A stretch of DNA of 64,000 nt from Tubiluchus corallicola. Lineage: Eukaryota > Animalia > Priapulida. The position numbers were made by a program, and so were the translations under genes. Every line of letters starts with the position of its first letter. The stretch's first letter is position 1. Positions 13,660 through 27,362 of the stretch are shown here, one piece after another. The stretch lies in assembly GCA_030141605.1 (NCBI GenBank), contig JAQGDQ010000732.1:41751-105750 (forward strand). Direction: 5' to 3'. The notes beneath the pieces are model-generated. The model did no database searches. It was not told the DNA's origin and was given only the letters and a program-made list of their open reading frames with translations.

Positions 13660-15133
13660 CTGCAAGTATAAAAGAAAACTATTCATTGTGAAAAATTTGA
13701 AGAATTTTCATTGATGATTTGATTTTATGAAATTGTCAAGGCTGATTTCAAGGTTGAATAGCTATAGCCTGCACTGACACTGAGGTTTCCATCTCCACTC
13801 CAGTTTTCCATCCACAGAATAAGCTACTTTTTTCTGTGCACTAGTAATATTGTGTCATTCCAATAAGAAAGACTACTTGAAGCTCGCGTCATCTTTTTTG
13901 TCATTATGTATTGATTTTAGATGAGTTTGAATTGTTGTAAGTATTGATTCAATATTTTGAAATGAAACTTTTGGGAACTATCCTTCTTGCACATATTAAT
14001 CCATTTTTGCTGGACATACTGTAATATTTCGTTATAAATGTCATACTGCAGCACAAATTTCTTATGTTGGGAGTTGGTGGCTTGTGACATGGCTATCTAG
14101 TGATTCAAAGTATTGTAAAAACTTACAATAACTTTTACAATTCCAGACATTTTTTGATACACGTGCATTTTTACCTGTAATTGTAAGGCATGACCAGTTG
14201 CAAGCAGCATACACATTATTGTGGCAACAAGCACATTATCTTAAGCAAAGCTGTTAATTAAATAATGATGCGGACATTCTAGTATTTAGAACTGTGTTTA
14301 GAAAAGATACATCATCACCAGAAACTTCGTAAACTTTGTTAAATTATTTTTGCCTAATGCGTAGTTTATTACAAACAACAGGTGCTGGCTGTTACTGATT
14401 TCACAATTTTTCATTTTATTTATATATCTGTGTCTAAAACGCAACTATGGTACCGATTGAAAGCTGCTGCAATCATTTAGAGCAGCAACGATATAATATT
14501 TTTTTAAAAATTTATTTTAATTACATGAAGCCAAATTGTATATGCATATGCCTTTCTTGGGATTGAAAGAAATCACTTATCTACATGCCATTACATGTCC
14601 ATCTCCCTGAAAAGCAGCATTAGGCACTGAAGTAGCCACTCTCAAAAAAGTAGCCTTGGAATTGAAAATATGTATTGACTTTGACATACATTTTACAGAT
14701 TTGACAAAATTATATCGGTCAACTTTAATGCATTCATTTCTGTTTTTGAGAATTCTTATTTGGTTGCACTTTGCTACTTCCATTTGAGTAATTATTCTGT
14801 GAGAGAATCGTCTCAATTCAGGAGAATTAAAGACTGTTGCACATCACAAATTCTTTTGGTGACGAGTTTTTATGAAAACTTCGAAATATAAGCAAAGTTA
14901 AGAGGTGGCATGCGTTGTTAAATTATTTTGTTTACTAAGCTTTTAATAATCTTTGCATATAGACAACTTATACATTAATTTTTGTTTGATCTGTAGTCTT
15001 TTTTTCACGCTAATTTTTGCGAGGTTTACGAAAAGTATAATATTAATAAAGCATTTTCAAAAACTACTTGTTTACACCAAATATTTGCAAAGAGAAATAA
15101 ATTTGAAGTGGGAGAACAATATATCTTACTGAC

Positions 15134-15710
15134 CTGTCAAAGTAAACGATATATGATCATTTTGAAAATCGTATTTGAATCTAGGCTTCTTTAGTCGTGT
15201 TATTGAGCTATCGTAAATGCCAAGGAAATTGAAATGCTTGTTATTTGAGAAATCAAAATCCAGTGAAATTAGTTTTGCGTTGCCGCGAAGATGCAGCTCA
15301 CGAAGATATAGAATTTCACTGAATGCCTTTGGATGTATGAAGAGAAGCTTATCATTATCAGTTATTTCCAGTCGATTAAACTCAGTTTCAGTGCTGTAGA
15401 TACAATTTTCTCCAAGGGAACTCAAACTTGTACGCCGAACAATTAAATCAAGAAGCTTACGTCCAAAAAGAAACCCTTCAGGAAGTTCAGAGTCTATATA
15501 ATAATCAATGAATAGACTTCGAATTTTTACATCTCGTTGCTGTAAACCTTCTTGCAACCAAATTTTGGGTAGTTCCACTTTAGTGTAGTTTTTACATGCT
15601 ACATCTTTATACTTGGCAGCAAATCTCACTTCACATTCTGAAAGCATCTGGACGCAAGGATTATATAATACAATCAAAAGACATACCACGGCAAAAATAA
15701 TCAGAAACAT
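15134..15710 (-). CDS. Multi-domain LRR protein, exon 1 (signal peptide + LRRNT + ~5 LRRs)
   Basis: ATG at 15710 starts the hydrophobic MFLIIFAVVCLLIVLYNPCVQMLS, followed by C-x12-C and LxxLxIxxN repeats. The exon ends ...FTLTG at donor ACAG|GTCAGT (phase 1). Confidence 0.85.
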
Positions 15711-18700
15711 TATCACTACAGAAGCTTTTAAAACGACGGCTCTTCTGCACTTAATATGAGTTAACTGAATGCCGAAACCGGATTAGTTTAGAGTACGTAA
15801 GAGTGCGGCTTTATGAAGCTATGCACACCTTCTCAAGGTGATTCTGAGATGGCGGACACATCCCTCGCTAGCCTCAACAGCTTACAGCCTAGCTCAGAAA
15901 GCGAATCAAATTCGTTTTCCAAAATACCCAATAGAGCTTTCAAGCATTTCAATACATTGTTGATTAGAATGCCTCTTGTCACAATGATTCCACACTAAGA
16001 ATAACACAACCCACAAAACACGCAGATCAGAACACACACAAAAAGAATTTGTTCTAAAATGTATTATTATTACTTATATACGCCTACGTATAGCAAATCG
16101 ACATAAAATTTGTTGAAATTAGCAAGCTGTAGGCATGTAGCCACATTTTGCAGATCACAAATGAGATTGTATCACGTTCTAAGAGCTGTAAACATGCACG
16201 CTAGTTACCCTAATTTTCCTCAAATTTGTATGCCAGGTTTTGCCGTCAACCACAAGGATCCAGAACAAATCTTCCTGCTCACCATAAATGTTGGGGTTCT
16301 CCAACATGTATTGTTTTTCCTAAAGTGAGGATCTGGTACTGCAAAAGTAAATGTCCTTCTTCATCATTGTAATACGACTGTTGTGTGAGTTACTGTTTGT
16401 GCAGTTATTAAAAGTAGTTTTGACGGTTTCTTAAGACTTCTTATAGCTGATTTAGCTATAAGCTAATTGTATTGTCCAGTGACTCCCTACCTTCTATGAA
16501 ATAAAGGCTGTAGCGAAGTGTGCATAGTTCTAAGTTGGTTGCAGGAAATCTGGCTGGAACTGAGCCATAGGCTTGCTAAAATGCTGCATGCAGTAGTTTT
16601 TCTCTCAAATTTCTGTGTTAAAATAAACCTCTTCATTATGTGAAAAGGTATTTCGCATAATGAAAAACGAAAAACATAAGGTTATTTGACATGATTTTCT
16701 GAGATTTCAAATGCAAGCATAAAGAGATCATGTTTAACACTGCCGCAGTTGTGAGCTATCATCTGTTGATCTGTGTGAATGCTTGTCTGCATAGATGCCA
16801 GATAGTCTACAATGCAACAACGTAAACATTGTTACTATAATACTGAACTACAAAACTTCTAGAAAATCATTTTTGCAAATAACGCTGCTACGCAAGAGCA
16901 ACTTCACAACTAAGTTTTTTAATCATAACTTGCACCTAATACTATTACGTTGAGAAAATATGACTGACAAACGTGTGTTTAATCTATTACATTTACAAAC
17001 GTCCCATCTCATTGCCAAAAATTATAATAAGCGAGAGTTTGAAGATCTGGGAACATCAATGGCACTTGATGTTCTAGATTGGAACACTAGCAAAGAAAAT
17101 TTAGCACTGAAACTGAATTTAATCGACTGGAAATAACTGATAATGATAAACTTCTCTTCATACATCCCAGGGCATTCAGTGAAATTTTGTATATGAACCA
17201 AGTTCATTGTTTCGGGGCCCAACGTGCACAAAATATCGTGATAGTCAGGGGTAAATTTGTTACCAAAAAGTTGAAGTGGCAGTTGAACCAACGCGTAGCC
17301 TACGCGCTTTTTAACAAAACTATAAAGGATGCTACTAGGGAGCGCAAAGTTAAGTAGCGTTTATATGACATGCGGATGTGTGTGCGTTTTGAATGGTGCG
17401 AAATAGATAAAATCGATTTATATTGTTTACAATGCACCCGTTTTTGCAGCCTATCTATGCGTTATTTTTTTCAGCTAATCCTATTTGATTTTTCCACAGG
17501 TCCAAAACGCATTTGCATCAGCATGCAACCTAAATGCCACTTCAATAAGTTCAATAAGTAGATCGTTCACATTTCATTCTTGGACATGGTCACGTGTACC
17601 CCAATTTAACGATTTCATTAACATGAATGTGTTTTAGTAGAAAAATAGTTTCTTGCTAGTTGGAAGTCATTTAATTTGGACAAAACTGTACATTGCCTGT
17701 TGTTTCCTAGTTTTCATCTATCTTCTTTGATTGAACCCATGTATTTGGTATTTGCAACATTTCCAGGGTTGATCTCGACTCTAGAAATGCTATATTCTTT
17801 AGTTTTCTTGTAGACGACTTTGAGATTCCTTTTTTCTAGTTTTTAGAGCAGTTTTAATGTGTGCGGAATTTTCAAATTCTAATCCATCCATGTCGTGGGC
17901 GTGTTGTTGGGCTATTAGAAATGGCTGATAGGAATCCGATGCAGGAGCAGCATGACCAACCAGATATCAACAAAAAACATTAGTGTTTAAAGATGCATTA
18001 GTGTTGTTTGCTATAGAACTTTCAGTATTTCAGAAAAATTGACTGCAAAACCATCCAACGACATTTTTTAATTGTGCGTACTTTTTAAAAAGCATTTACA
18101 TCAACAAAAAACACTAATTTTTAAAGATATTTGTGTTTTTTCAGAAGAAATTTGAAATTATATTCAGTAAAGATTAAAGAGCCAATTAAAAACGCAAACC
18201 GACGAACCGAAAATATAATGAATTCTGTTCCTACCTTTATATTTTAGCGTAAATAATTTAATATTAACAATACCGTAATAAACGTGACGAGAATGAAGTC
18301 GGCTAGCCTGTTATTGTTCTAGTTGAACACAGACCGCATAATAAGTATGTTTGAGACCTCACAAGATACTAGATCTCTTCAAAATTTCACCCACGGTTTT
18401 ATTCTAGGTCGCGTGGCAAAGATGTTTACTCACATATTTCTGATTAGGTCTACAAATAGTTCAGTTTAAACAAGTCCCTATTGTTCAAACTATGGCGCGA
18501 GCCACTGCTGTTTGTATACTGCAGTACGTAAAATAAAGGTTGGACATAAAAAGTAAGCCCTTTTGAAATATTCATTAGAACTAGTTCTATTCGCTTCGAA
18601 ATGTAAACACAAGTTTTATAGACAATACCTACTTTAAGCAATACAAAATTTGGATATTTGGACAAAAAACAACCATTAAGTTAGATAGTTAAACCAAGTG

Positions 18701-18784
18701 AATAAATTTAAAGCGGATTACGTAGCTTTAATTAATTAATTAATGAACGAATTGGAAAAAATATTGATGTTGACTTGACGTTCA

Positions 18785-18953
18785 AGAACTCACACTGGAG
18801 AGAAAATTCCAAGTGCAGTCGGTGTGATGCTGAATTTGCTCAGCGAGGCCATTTCAAAAGATATTTAAGAACTCACAATAAAAAAAATCATCCAAGTTTG
18901 CTGTGATGCTGTGTTTAGTCAGACACACATCTTGAAAAGACATTTAAGATCTC
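18785..18953 (+). pseudogene. C2H2 zinc-finger relic (2 fingers)
   Basis: RTHTGEK linker, KCSRCDAEFAQRGHFKRYLRTH and CDAVFSQTHILKRHLRS; frameshifted. Confidence 0.7.
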
Positions 18954-21900
18954 CCAACAAGTGCTTGGTGAATCTTCTATTTATCGACTAGCTTAGTCTG
19001 GTGTACACTTGCACGATCATGCGCACTAATTTATTGATGGCCTCTTGCTGCTGCAGGTGAAGAGAACAGTCTACCGCTTAGAGTTCCGTAAAAAAACCAA
19101 CCGCTCAGCTAAAGACAAATTAACGTGGTCTCACCTTTCAATAGAAAGTTCTCCTTAAAAACAGTGTTGACTTGAGGCCGTAGTGTATCAGAGTGTGTCA
19201 AGTGCATTTCATATAATATTATAATTTTCCATGAAATCACATTGTGTGAGGAGCATAAATGTGCAAAAATTGTCAAATAAAAGGAAATCGTTGCTTTGTG
19301 AGAGCAGTTTTATATGCAAAACAACAAATTCAACACAATTTAAACACAACAATCACATCACTATCAAGCAATGCAATGCAGCAGCATTTATACGCACAAC
19401 CCACTTTAATTTAAATTGTTTCCTTTAATTTTTCATAAGTCCTATAATCAAAAATATCAAACACCGTAATACTAGGTATAATGAATATTATGTCAATTAT
19501 TGCAGAACCAAATTTTCTAAACATTTTATTTCTTTTGTAGGTCGTAATGTTTAGAATTCTATTTCTTGTAATATCAGAAGAGTATCAAGCCTACCCAGAT
19601 TTAAGAAGGAGGTGTTTCTCTTAAATATATATTAGGTGGATTTGGTCTTTAACGTTTCTTGCCATATTGTGTTCATCACGCTGGTTGCTACTCACTGTCC
19701 GTCCCTGTATACATAAATGACTGTCATGGTACAGAAATTTCATTCCATTTTCGTCATTATCACCTCATCGTTTTTTTAATTTTTTGTAATTTTTAGCTTT
19801 CTTTCTTCTCTTGTACTTATATTACTTACTTAAACCCTAATTTTACCTTCATTTTGTCTTCTCTTTCCATTGCTTGCTCACCTCTTTTATCCTAGCCCTA
19901 ACATGTACAACACACAATACATTGCAGTTTCAGCATTTCCTCAGTCAGTAACAAAAAGCTCTCACAGGAAAAGTGATTAGGTAATCACAATTGGCACAGG
20001 AGAATTCGTGCAGGAGAAAACCCTTTTGTATGTAGTTATTGTAATACTGTACTGCAGGTTTAGATGTGCGTCCTTGAAGAGAGATGCAGGAAAAATGACG
20101 CCATTTTGTTGGGCAGGTTTCAGCTTTCTGCTAATCAGTGCTTATGCGTGCATGCGATATTTTTGCAATAATAATTTTTTATTACATATACTCAGTGTAG
20201 TGAATTTTTTTCAAATCGTATAAAAAAGCAACAACAACGTGTTTTGACATGTAATGGCATCCTACATTTTCATTTCAATGTAATAATATTGTTATTGATC
20301 TTTTATTAATTTTCTAAACTGCATTCAGAATATGCATGCTAGTCCGGCGTACATGCACTTTGTTTCGCGAGCTGACCGCCAGTTAGCGGGGCCGTCACCT
20401 TTGCTTACATCAGTGTAACCATAGCGATAACCGCAGCATGTAACGATAATCCGGTAAATATAATAATTTCTGTTTTTCTAACAATGGTATTTTATACACA
20501 AAACAACTTCCCTGAATAACTTAAAAACTGAATTGAAGAAAAGGACAGTTAGTGACAGACAATTTTGTTTCAAACAATTTCGAGTAAACAATTTTTTTAG
20601 TTTTATTTTATTTTAGCAGCCTTACATTTGGTGAAAAAAATAATTTGCAGTTGGCATACTTTTAATTTATAGAATAATATAATTTTGTAGTTTTATTTCA
20701 AATAGCAAATGATAATGGCTTGACGAAACGTCTATATATAAAAAGTGATTGATACATCATGTTCCACAATCGTAGAATAATTCAATTTCCATTCGTCTTA
20801 AATGCAAAATCTGATAATTTTTAATTAGCTGGTTAATTAATTATATTAGTAACAATTCTGAGAGGGTACCCTTTCACCACTAATCAGTAATTACTTTTGC
20901 ACTTTGCAATAACTTAAAATGATGTTAAACTAAATAAACTTACTCCACTTTGGATTTTTTTAAAAGTACTCATTAAAGGTACAGCTATTAAATTTCACTG
21001 TTATTCTTTACTTAGTTAAGCTATGTTAATGCTACAACATAGGCCTATACATATTATATCTTGTAGGCCTATCATTGAAATAAAAAATTAGCATGATAAG
21101 TATTACAAATCATTTTTAATAACACAAAGTACAATGGAGTCATATTATAACACACAGTTTAGAAGAATATACAATTTTTTTTAATAACACAAATATTATA
21201 TTCGCGTAGTACAATGCAGCAATATTATAAACATAGGCCTACACACATTAAATCATGTATCTTTTAAATAAAAAATAAGTAGAGTAAGTTATTCATTCAT
21301 GTGTTTCTTCACTTCGAATAATACGAAATTATTTTAATAACACAAATACTATATACACGTGTAATACTGTGCAGTTATATGCACGTATAGTGTACTATGC
21401 ACTAATATTGTAACATAAGCTATACACATTAAATCATGTATCTTTGAAATAAAAAATATCCTTGATGAATTATTGGCACACAGTAAAACTCGTAACACAA
21501 TAATTCACAATCGATATAGTAGGCCTAGAACACAAGCTTAATTAACATTGGGTCATTTTTGAAACACCTTTCACTGTCAACCATACCTGTCTTAGTAACC
21601 AATACCAAATATTTATCAACTAAGAGACGTCATTTACAACAGCAAGTTTTTACAAAACAAAAATCGTAATTTTACTTTAAATTATGTAATTGTAGTTTTT
21701 CGGCTTATTATTTTTTCAACTAAAGCAGAGCCTCCTAGCAGCGGTAAACAAAAATAAAAAACGGAGTGCATAAATATGGGGTGGTTTTCTTAACTAATAC
21801 AGTAACTAGAACAGTACTTAATTTGTAATCATTTAGTTATGTCTGTGTTGCTACAGTAGCAGAAAAAATTACAGGTTTTATATTATTTTGAAGGGTGTGG

Positions 21901-22279
21901 CCCTGAAGAAGTTAATTATTAAGCAACTTATTATCATAATTAGTTACGTTGTCAAACGAGGAGCCGGGGGAGGCACTACAATGTCCTCTTCCACAGGAGA
22001 TCTTGTTAGAATGTATTGCCTCCGCCCGACCCCCAGCACCAAGTTGTCCTTTCCACCACAAATGAAAAGTTTGGACATCTACGTCTGAAAAACAAACGTT
22101 CATTGGTGTCAACAAAACAGTGTTAACCTAACCAACTGCAGTCTCCCCAGAACCTGCTAAATGTACAACATAAAAAACATGAAGCTTTGCACTTTCAATA
22201 TACAAATTGTCAAAATTTACAGCTCTATACAAGATTTACGTAAAATTTTGAAATGCTTTCAAAAGTTTACAACATCCTG

Positions 22280-22713
22280 CAGCAGCTGCTGTTAATGCAT
22301 TGTTTAAACTAAACATGCAGTATTAGTAGCTGCTTTTATGCATTGTTTAAACTCAACATCCAGTAGTAGCTGCTGTTAATGCATTGTTTAAACTAAACAT
22401 CCAGTAGTAGCTGCTGTTAATGCATTGTTTAAACTAAACATGCAGTATTAGTAGCTGCTGTTAATGCATTGTTTAAACTAAACATCCAGTAGTAGCTGCT
22501 GTTAATGCATTGTTTAAACTAAACATCCAGTAGTAGCTGCTGTTAATGCATTGTTTAAACTAAACATCCAGTAGTCGCTGCTATTAAGGCATTGTTTAAA
22601 CTAAACATCCAGTAGTAGCTGCTGTTAATGCATTGTTTAAACTAAACATCCAGTAGTAGCTGCTGTTAATGCATTGTTTAAACTAAACATCCAGTAGTAG
22701 CTGCTGTTAATGC
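22280..22713. repeat. 41-bp minisatellite, ~10 copies
   Basis: Unit cagtagtagctgctgttaatgcattgtttaaactaaacatc, head-to-tail with no spacers. Confidence 0.95.
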
Positions 22714-22998
22714 AAAGCTACAAAGCTACTCATAACGTGACATTCAATTTTAATAAATTGTCAAGTAACATAAGAATAGAAACAAATTCAAGTTTGTATT
22801 AATGTAGAAACATTTAATAGAAGTTTGTCTAAATTTGTACCAAATAAATTAGCACATTGTTTAATTTTGTTAATTTTGATCAGCTTATGCATCTCAGAAA
22901 TGTTTAAATTGAAGTTTTAGCAAGAAATAATGATCTAATTTGAATACTCTTCCCTCACTGACTTATATAAAATGACCAGAGTAGCAAAATGACCTTAC

Positions 22999-23224
22999 CT
23001 TGGGGGATTATTGTTTCGTTCGATCAGACGCTCGAAATGCTCAGCCAACGGCGGTCGTGCCTCACGTGGAGGATGATCTCCACGAGCGACAGTGACGTTC
23101 ATGGCAGCCTCTTCTTGCTGCCGCTGCCGCTCGTATCGATAAGGGCACGCCGCCGTTGACCGATGGGTCAAGTGAACATCATGTAGGTTCCCCACCCCCG
23201 CCTCACTCCCTGAAGCAAAAGCAC
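22999..23224 (-). other. Isolated GC-rich candidate exon, product unknown
   Basis: TTTAG| acceptor and AAG|GTAAGG donor flank an open 226-nt GC-rich segment. No recognisable domain. Confidence 0.3.
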
Positions 23225-24065
23225 CTAAAGCAAAAAATAAATGTCATTATTTTAAATTTCATTCTGCAATCTCTTAACACATGACGGTAGGTATAAAATT
23301 CACAAAACGCACAATGGCTGCTTGCTGACCCAAGTCACGTGACGCGCTGAGGTTTATTCTTAGATTTCATTATAAGACGCTTTAGATGTGCTCTTATTGG
23401 CTGAGTAATAATACAAATTTTCACAGTTTTATCAAAAAGAGAGGACACAATAAAATCAATACCACAACCAGGTGACTACTCATAAGATTCTTACAGTATT
23501 TCACTTGTGGTATTTCTTATAGGTAAATAAAAATGTGATTTTGCACTTTATTTTGTACTGAGGACCAAAAAAGTATTTTCCCGTGAACGATTACAATTTC
23601 TGTAAAATTTCAAGTTTTGTAAAATAAGTTTGCGTAATGCTTTATTGACATAAAAACGAAAATAGAGACTCATGTCTTTAACATAAAACGCTTAGCCGAA
23701 GCATAGTGATTAAACTTTTTAAAAAAATTCTTTAAAACTTGGTAAGTAACTTAGTATGGCGATACATTTCATCACTGGTAGTATAATTACACAATAGGTA
23801 CTTAAACAATCTGAAAAACCGGTAGTTACTGATAAAAACTTTCTGATAGAATTTGATCATTAAAGGATCACAGGACCCAATGTTAAACTGGAGGTCAAAA
23901 CAACATATTCTTTAAAATGTTGAAAAGAAACTTTCAAGGCACTCAGAAAGAGTCAAGCAAGTTTTTTCAGATTTGACCAGTTAATATTCTGCTCACCTTT
24001 TCACCATCTTTCGTCCTTTAATCTGAAAGTACAAGTCACTGTCGATTATTTTAATATCCTGGTCT

Positions 24066-24097
<32 letters not shown>

Positions 24098-24107
24098 ACT
24101 GCTACTG

Positions 24108-24178
<71 letters not shown>

Positions 24179-24188
24179 ACTGCTACTG

Positions 24189-24268
<80 letters not shown>

Positions 24269-24282
24269 GTTACTACTACTAC
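24066..24282. repeat. Compound (CTG)n/(CTA)n microsatellite
   Basis: Directly visible; it produces the poly-S/V/L ORFs. Confidence 0.97.
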
Positions 24283-25018
24283 GCACACATTTGTAAAAAG
24301 GTCTCCTGTTTTACAGTTTGAAAATGGCACACAGTTGTACTTTAAGTACACTTTGTACAAAGAGCCAAAATGAATAATATTAGCCTTGCACTTTAGCATT
24401 AATTCAGCACAACTGCTTTTAACAGATGTTTTGAGTTGCCACAGTTTATGATAATTAGTCACCCTCCCTTTAGAAGAATACGTTGTAAGCCTTTGTTCGC
24501 GTAACTACTGGTAGTTTTAGAAGTTGTTACAGCCCATGACCTCGTACCACCCACAGTTTTACAATTGTTCAGCTTCTAACCTTGAAGCTCCACCAACAAA
24601 GTATTCGCTAACCTCATTACGTAACATAAGTTACATCAGTTTGAACACTCTACTAACTGTTTCTTATAATAGCTTTTAAATCTTAACGTTCTTTATCTAG
24701 AACAGCCAATAAAAATTCCCTGATTACATAACCAAACTCGTGCTCTGCCCAGCATAGCAAGTTCTCCAGCTTTGCTTGCCAAATTCATTGCAATTGTGCA
24801 ATTATTGCAACGTTTAACTGTGAACTATAGGCATAAACTCACCAAATACCTCATCTTAGTTACTCGCCCACTTCGCATTATGAGTCGCATAAGCTGAGTC
24901 AGCAAGCTTTTGTAGTTTTGTGACTTCTCTTCTGTAGTTGTTAATGAACTTCCACTTCCGTTGACCTCAATCCACCCACGCAAGGTCACCGACCACTTCT
25001 CCAATGACACTTTCTCAC

Positions 25019-25165
25019 TTCCACAGGAAACCACTGCTCAACCAATCGCAGGTAATGTTATGGGCTTCCTAGTTTAAAGTGGAGGTCATAACATTACCTG
25101 TAGGTTGGCTGGCCTGGTGCCTATGAATAGAACTGTATAATGTTCCCTGTTCAGCTCAATATAAT
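25019..25165 (-). repeat. Interspersed repeat, inverted copy of ~53067-53215 (part also at 40359-40397); possibly LTR U3-like
   Basis: ccacaggaaaccactgctcaaccaatcgcaggtaatg...gaatagaactgtataatg is the reverse complement of the 53.1 kb sequence. It contains a CCAAT box. No TSD found. Confidence 0.7.
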
Positions 25166-25892
25166 CATACGTAAATAAATATATGCATACGATACAATAA
25201 TATAATAACAATAAGAAGCAAGTTGTTGTAAGGAGGAAGAAGCACTTTCTAGTCTTCCTCCTACAGGTGGACACCACAACTGATAACATCATTCTATAAC
25301 TACATAAATTCAATTGTTTCGGGAAACCTGTCAAATTTTATGGAACAACTACTACATCACTCAAGGGAAACACTTGAACATTTGAAGAACTCTTAACACA
25401 ATTCTGTTGAACCAACAATAATTCTTACAACAGATGCGTCGAAAAACGTTTACTCGGTAGATTATGAACAACAATCAAACAAAATAAGTCTAACTGATTT
25501 TTTAAAACTAAAATCAAGCTAAACATTTTAAATTCATCAGGGATTTTCAAGCAAAGTTTTATAGCATTATATTTAATTGTTTGCCGAAAAATATTAATAT
25601 AGTGCTGTGGTATATAATAATTAGTAGGTGCAAGTTTGGTATAGTGATCATGAGTATGGAGAACTGGAGTATAATATTTAAAAGGTGATCGTACTCTGTA
25701 TTTTTGAAAGCAAATTCTCTTATCAAAATCACATAGTCAATTAATGAGCATCAACTTAGCGTTCATCGTTTGATCATTTTCCATTTTTTTTTCATTTTAT
25801 TCATCTAGTGGAAATCCAAAGCTACATAGTAATACCGTAGATGATGCCGTAAAGTTTGAAAAGGTGGAAGGTATTTACGAAATTTTCATTTC

Positions 25893-25952
25893 GCGGGATT
25901 TGAACTCACAACCGCAATGTCTGTAGGCGAACACGTTACTCGTTGTGCCATC
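25893..25952 (-). mobile_element. tRNA-derived SINE head
   Basis: A-box-like TGGCACAACGAG and B-box GAGTTCAAATCC at tRNA spacing; no intact cloverleaf. Confidence 0.5.
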
Positions 25953-27362
25953 CAAACAAATGACGTCACTACTCAGCAAGAAGCCTTACCAATGCGCGCA
26001 CAATTAGATCTTAAAATCACAGATGTCGCCACACGAATAAAATTTAAAAATACATAACAACCAATACAAAAAATCATAACGCACCACAAACTGTTTGGGA
26101 AACCGCAAAAAAATATACAAATACTCACTCAAAGATGTCGCCACGTGATAAAGTTTAGAATACACGTAGACAACAATGCTAAACAACTCTAACGTACCAC
26201 AAACTGTTTGAGTAAAGCAAGTCTATATATAAATAGATTTTCGGCTTTGTAATAAGTGGGGATGGCATCTCCGATAGAATAACTGGTCATACGACAGGGC
26301 TCTGGGAATATGTGACCTCCATCGGATGGAACTGTAGAGTACGCACAATACTAAGTATGATAGCCGATAGGCGGTAGCTATTGTATGATTAGTTATATGG
26401 CTGTACAGTATACCATAAAAAATGCTGCATAGAGGTAGCCCAGAAGCTTGCGGGTATGACCCATCTGAGGGGACGAGTCCTTTTTGCAAAATTAAATTTT
26501 GATTTGAAAGCTTACACGTCTCCCAATGTAACACCAGAATTATGTCTAAAATTTTTAAAATCAAAATTAGAAGTCTTTTGAAGTCCCAAAATTGTTTTCT
26601 GGAATTTTGGCATGTTAACAAGCATTAGACATGCAAACTGTAGACATTATTTGAAATTTTATATGCTCTTTAGTTTTAAAAATTACCTTAAATTACGAGT
26701 AAAACGGTATTTCTATTTTTAAGTAAAATCATGATGTCACAGTATTTAAAATGGCAGACTGACGAAAGAATATTAAAAAGATTTGCAAGGCTGGTGCTCT
26801 CTTTTTTGAAAACAACTGCAAGCTTCCCAATAGCAGTATATCACACCATCCAGCTTTCACTGTTTCCCTATGGCAAAGTCAGAATTCGACAGCAAAATAC
26901 GTTATACTTAAAGAAGGGGCAAACTTCACTAACAAAGCAAAACTTTAAATTGCATTTTGTCAAAAATAAGTCTTTTGGTGAGTCAGTGGTGCACACTGGG
27001 AAGGCGAGTCAACGACATTTTACCACTTGCTGCAAACATTGGGATTTTTCCCATCTAGTAGCGTACTAAGTAATACAATTTCAAGTGGAAAGTTTTTCGA
27101 GACATAGTTTAACATATTGCCTTTTCTTCCGCTTTGAGATTGCCCTACTACTACTAATACACCACCATTATTACTGCATACATATGTCTATGTGTTTTTA
27201 CAACATTCCAAAAGACCAACAATACCCAATGCGGCAGCACATTATGCATGTGTCAAAGCCACCACCACCCATGTGACAGCACATTACACATGTTTGAAAG
27301 ATACTTTCACCCAATTCACCTGTTCAACCGTATGTGTAACCCCTAAGTATTGTAAGAATTGC

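Larger units (their letters stand above)
3272..14830. repeat. Tandem exon+intron duplication array (unit ~2.2-2.8 kb)
   Basis: Intronic blocks recur nearly verbatim, e.g. gaaagaaatgcacattcttaaatatctgcagaagcatg at 4441, ~7289, 9471 and ~12303. Confidence 0.9.

Noticed and set aside
249-15716. Seven separate single-exon LRR genes, as the ORF track suggests
   Set aside because: Only the 15.7 kb unit has ATG plus a signal peptide. The others start mid-LRRCT right after AG acceptors and end at GT donors in matching phase.
22280-22713. 41-bp repeats with internal palindromes (GTTTAAAC, ATGCAT) as a CRISPR array
   Set aside because: Units are contiguous with no unique spacers, there are no cas genes, and the context is eukaryotic.
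23993-24462. Poly-Ser/Val/Leu ORFs
   Set aside because: They are translations of the CTG/CTA microsatellite.
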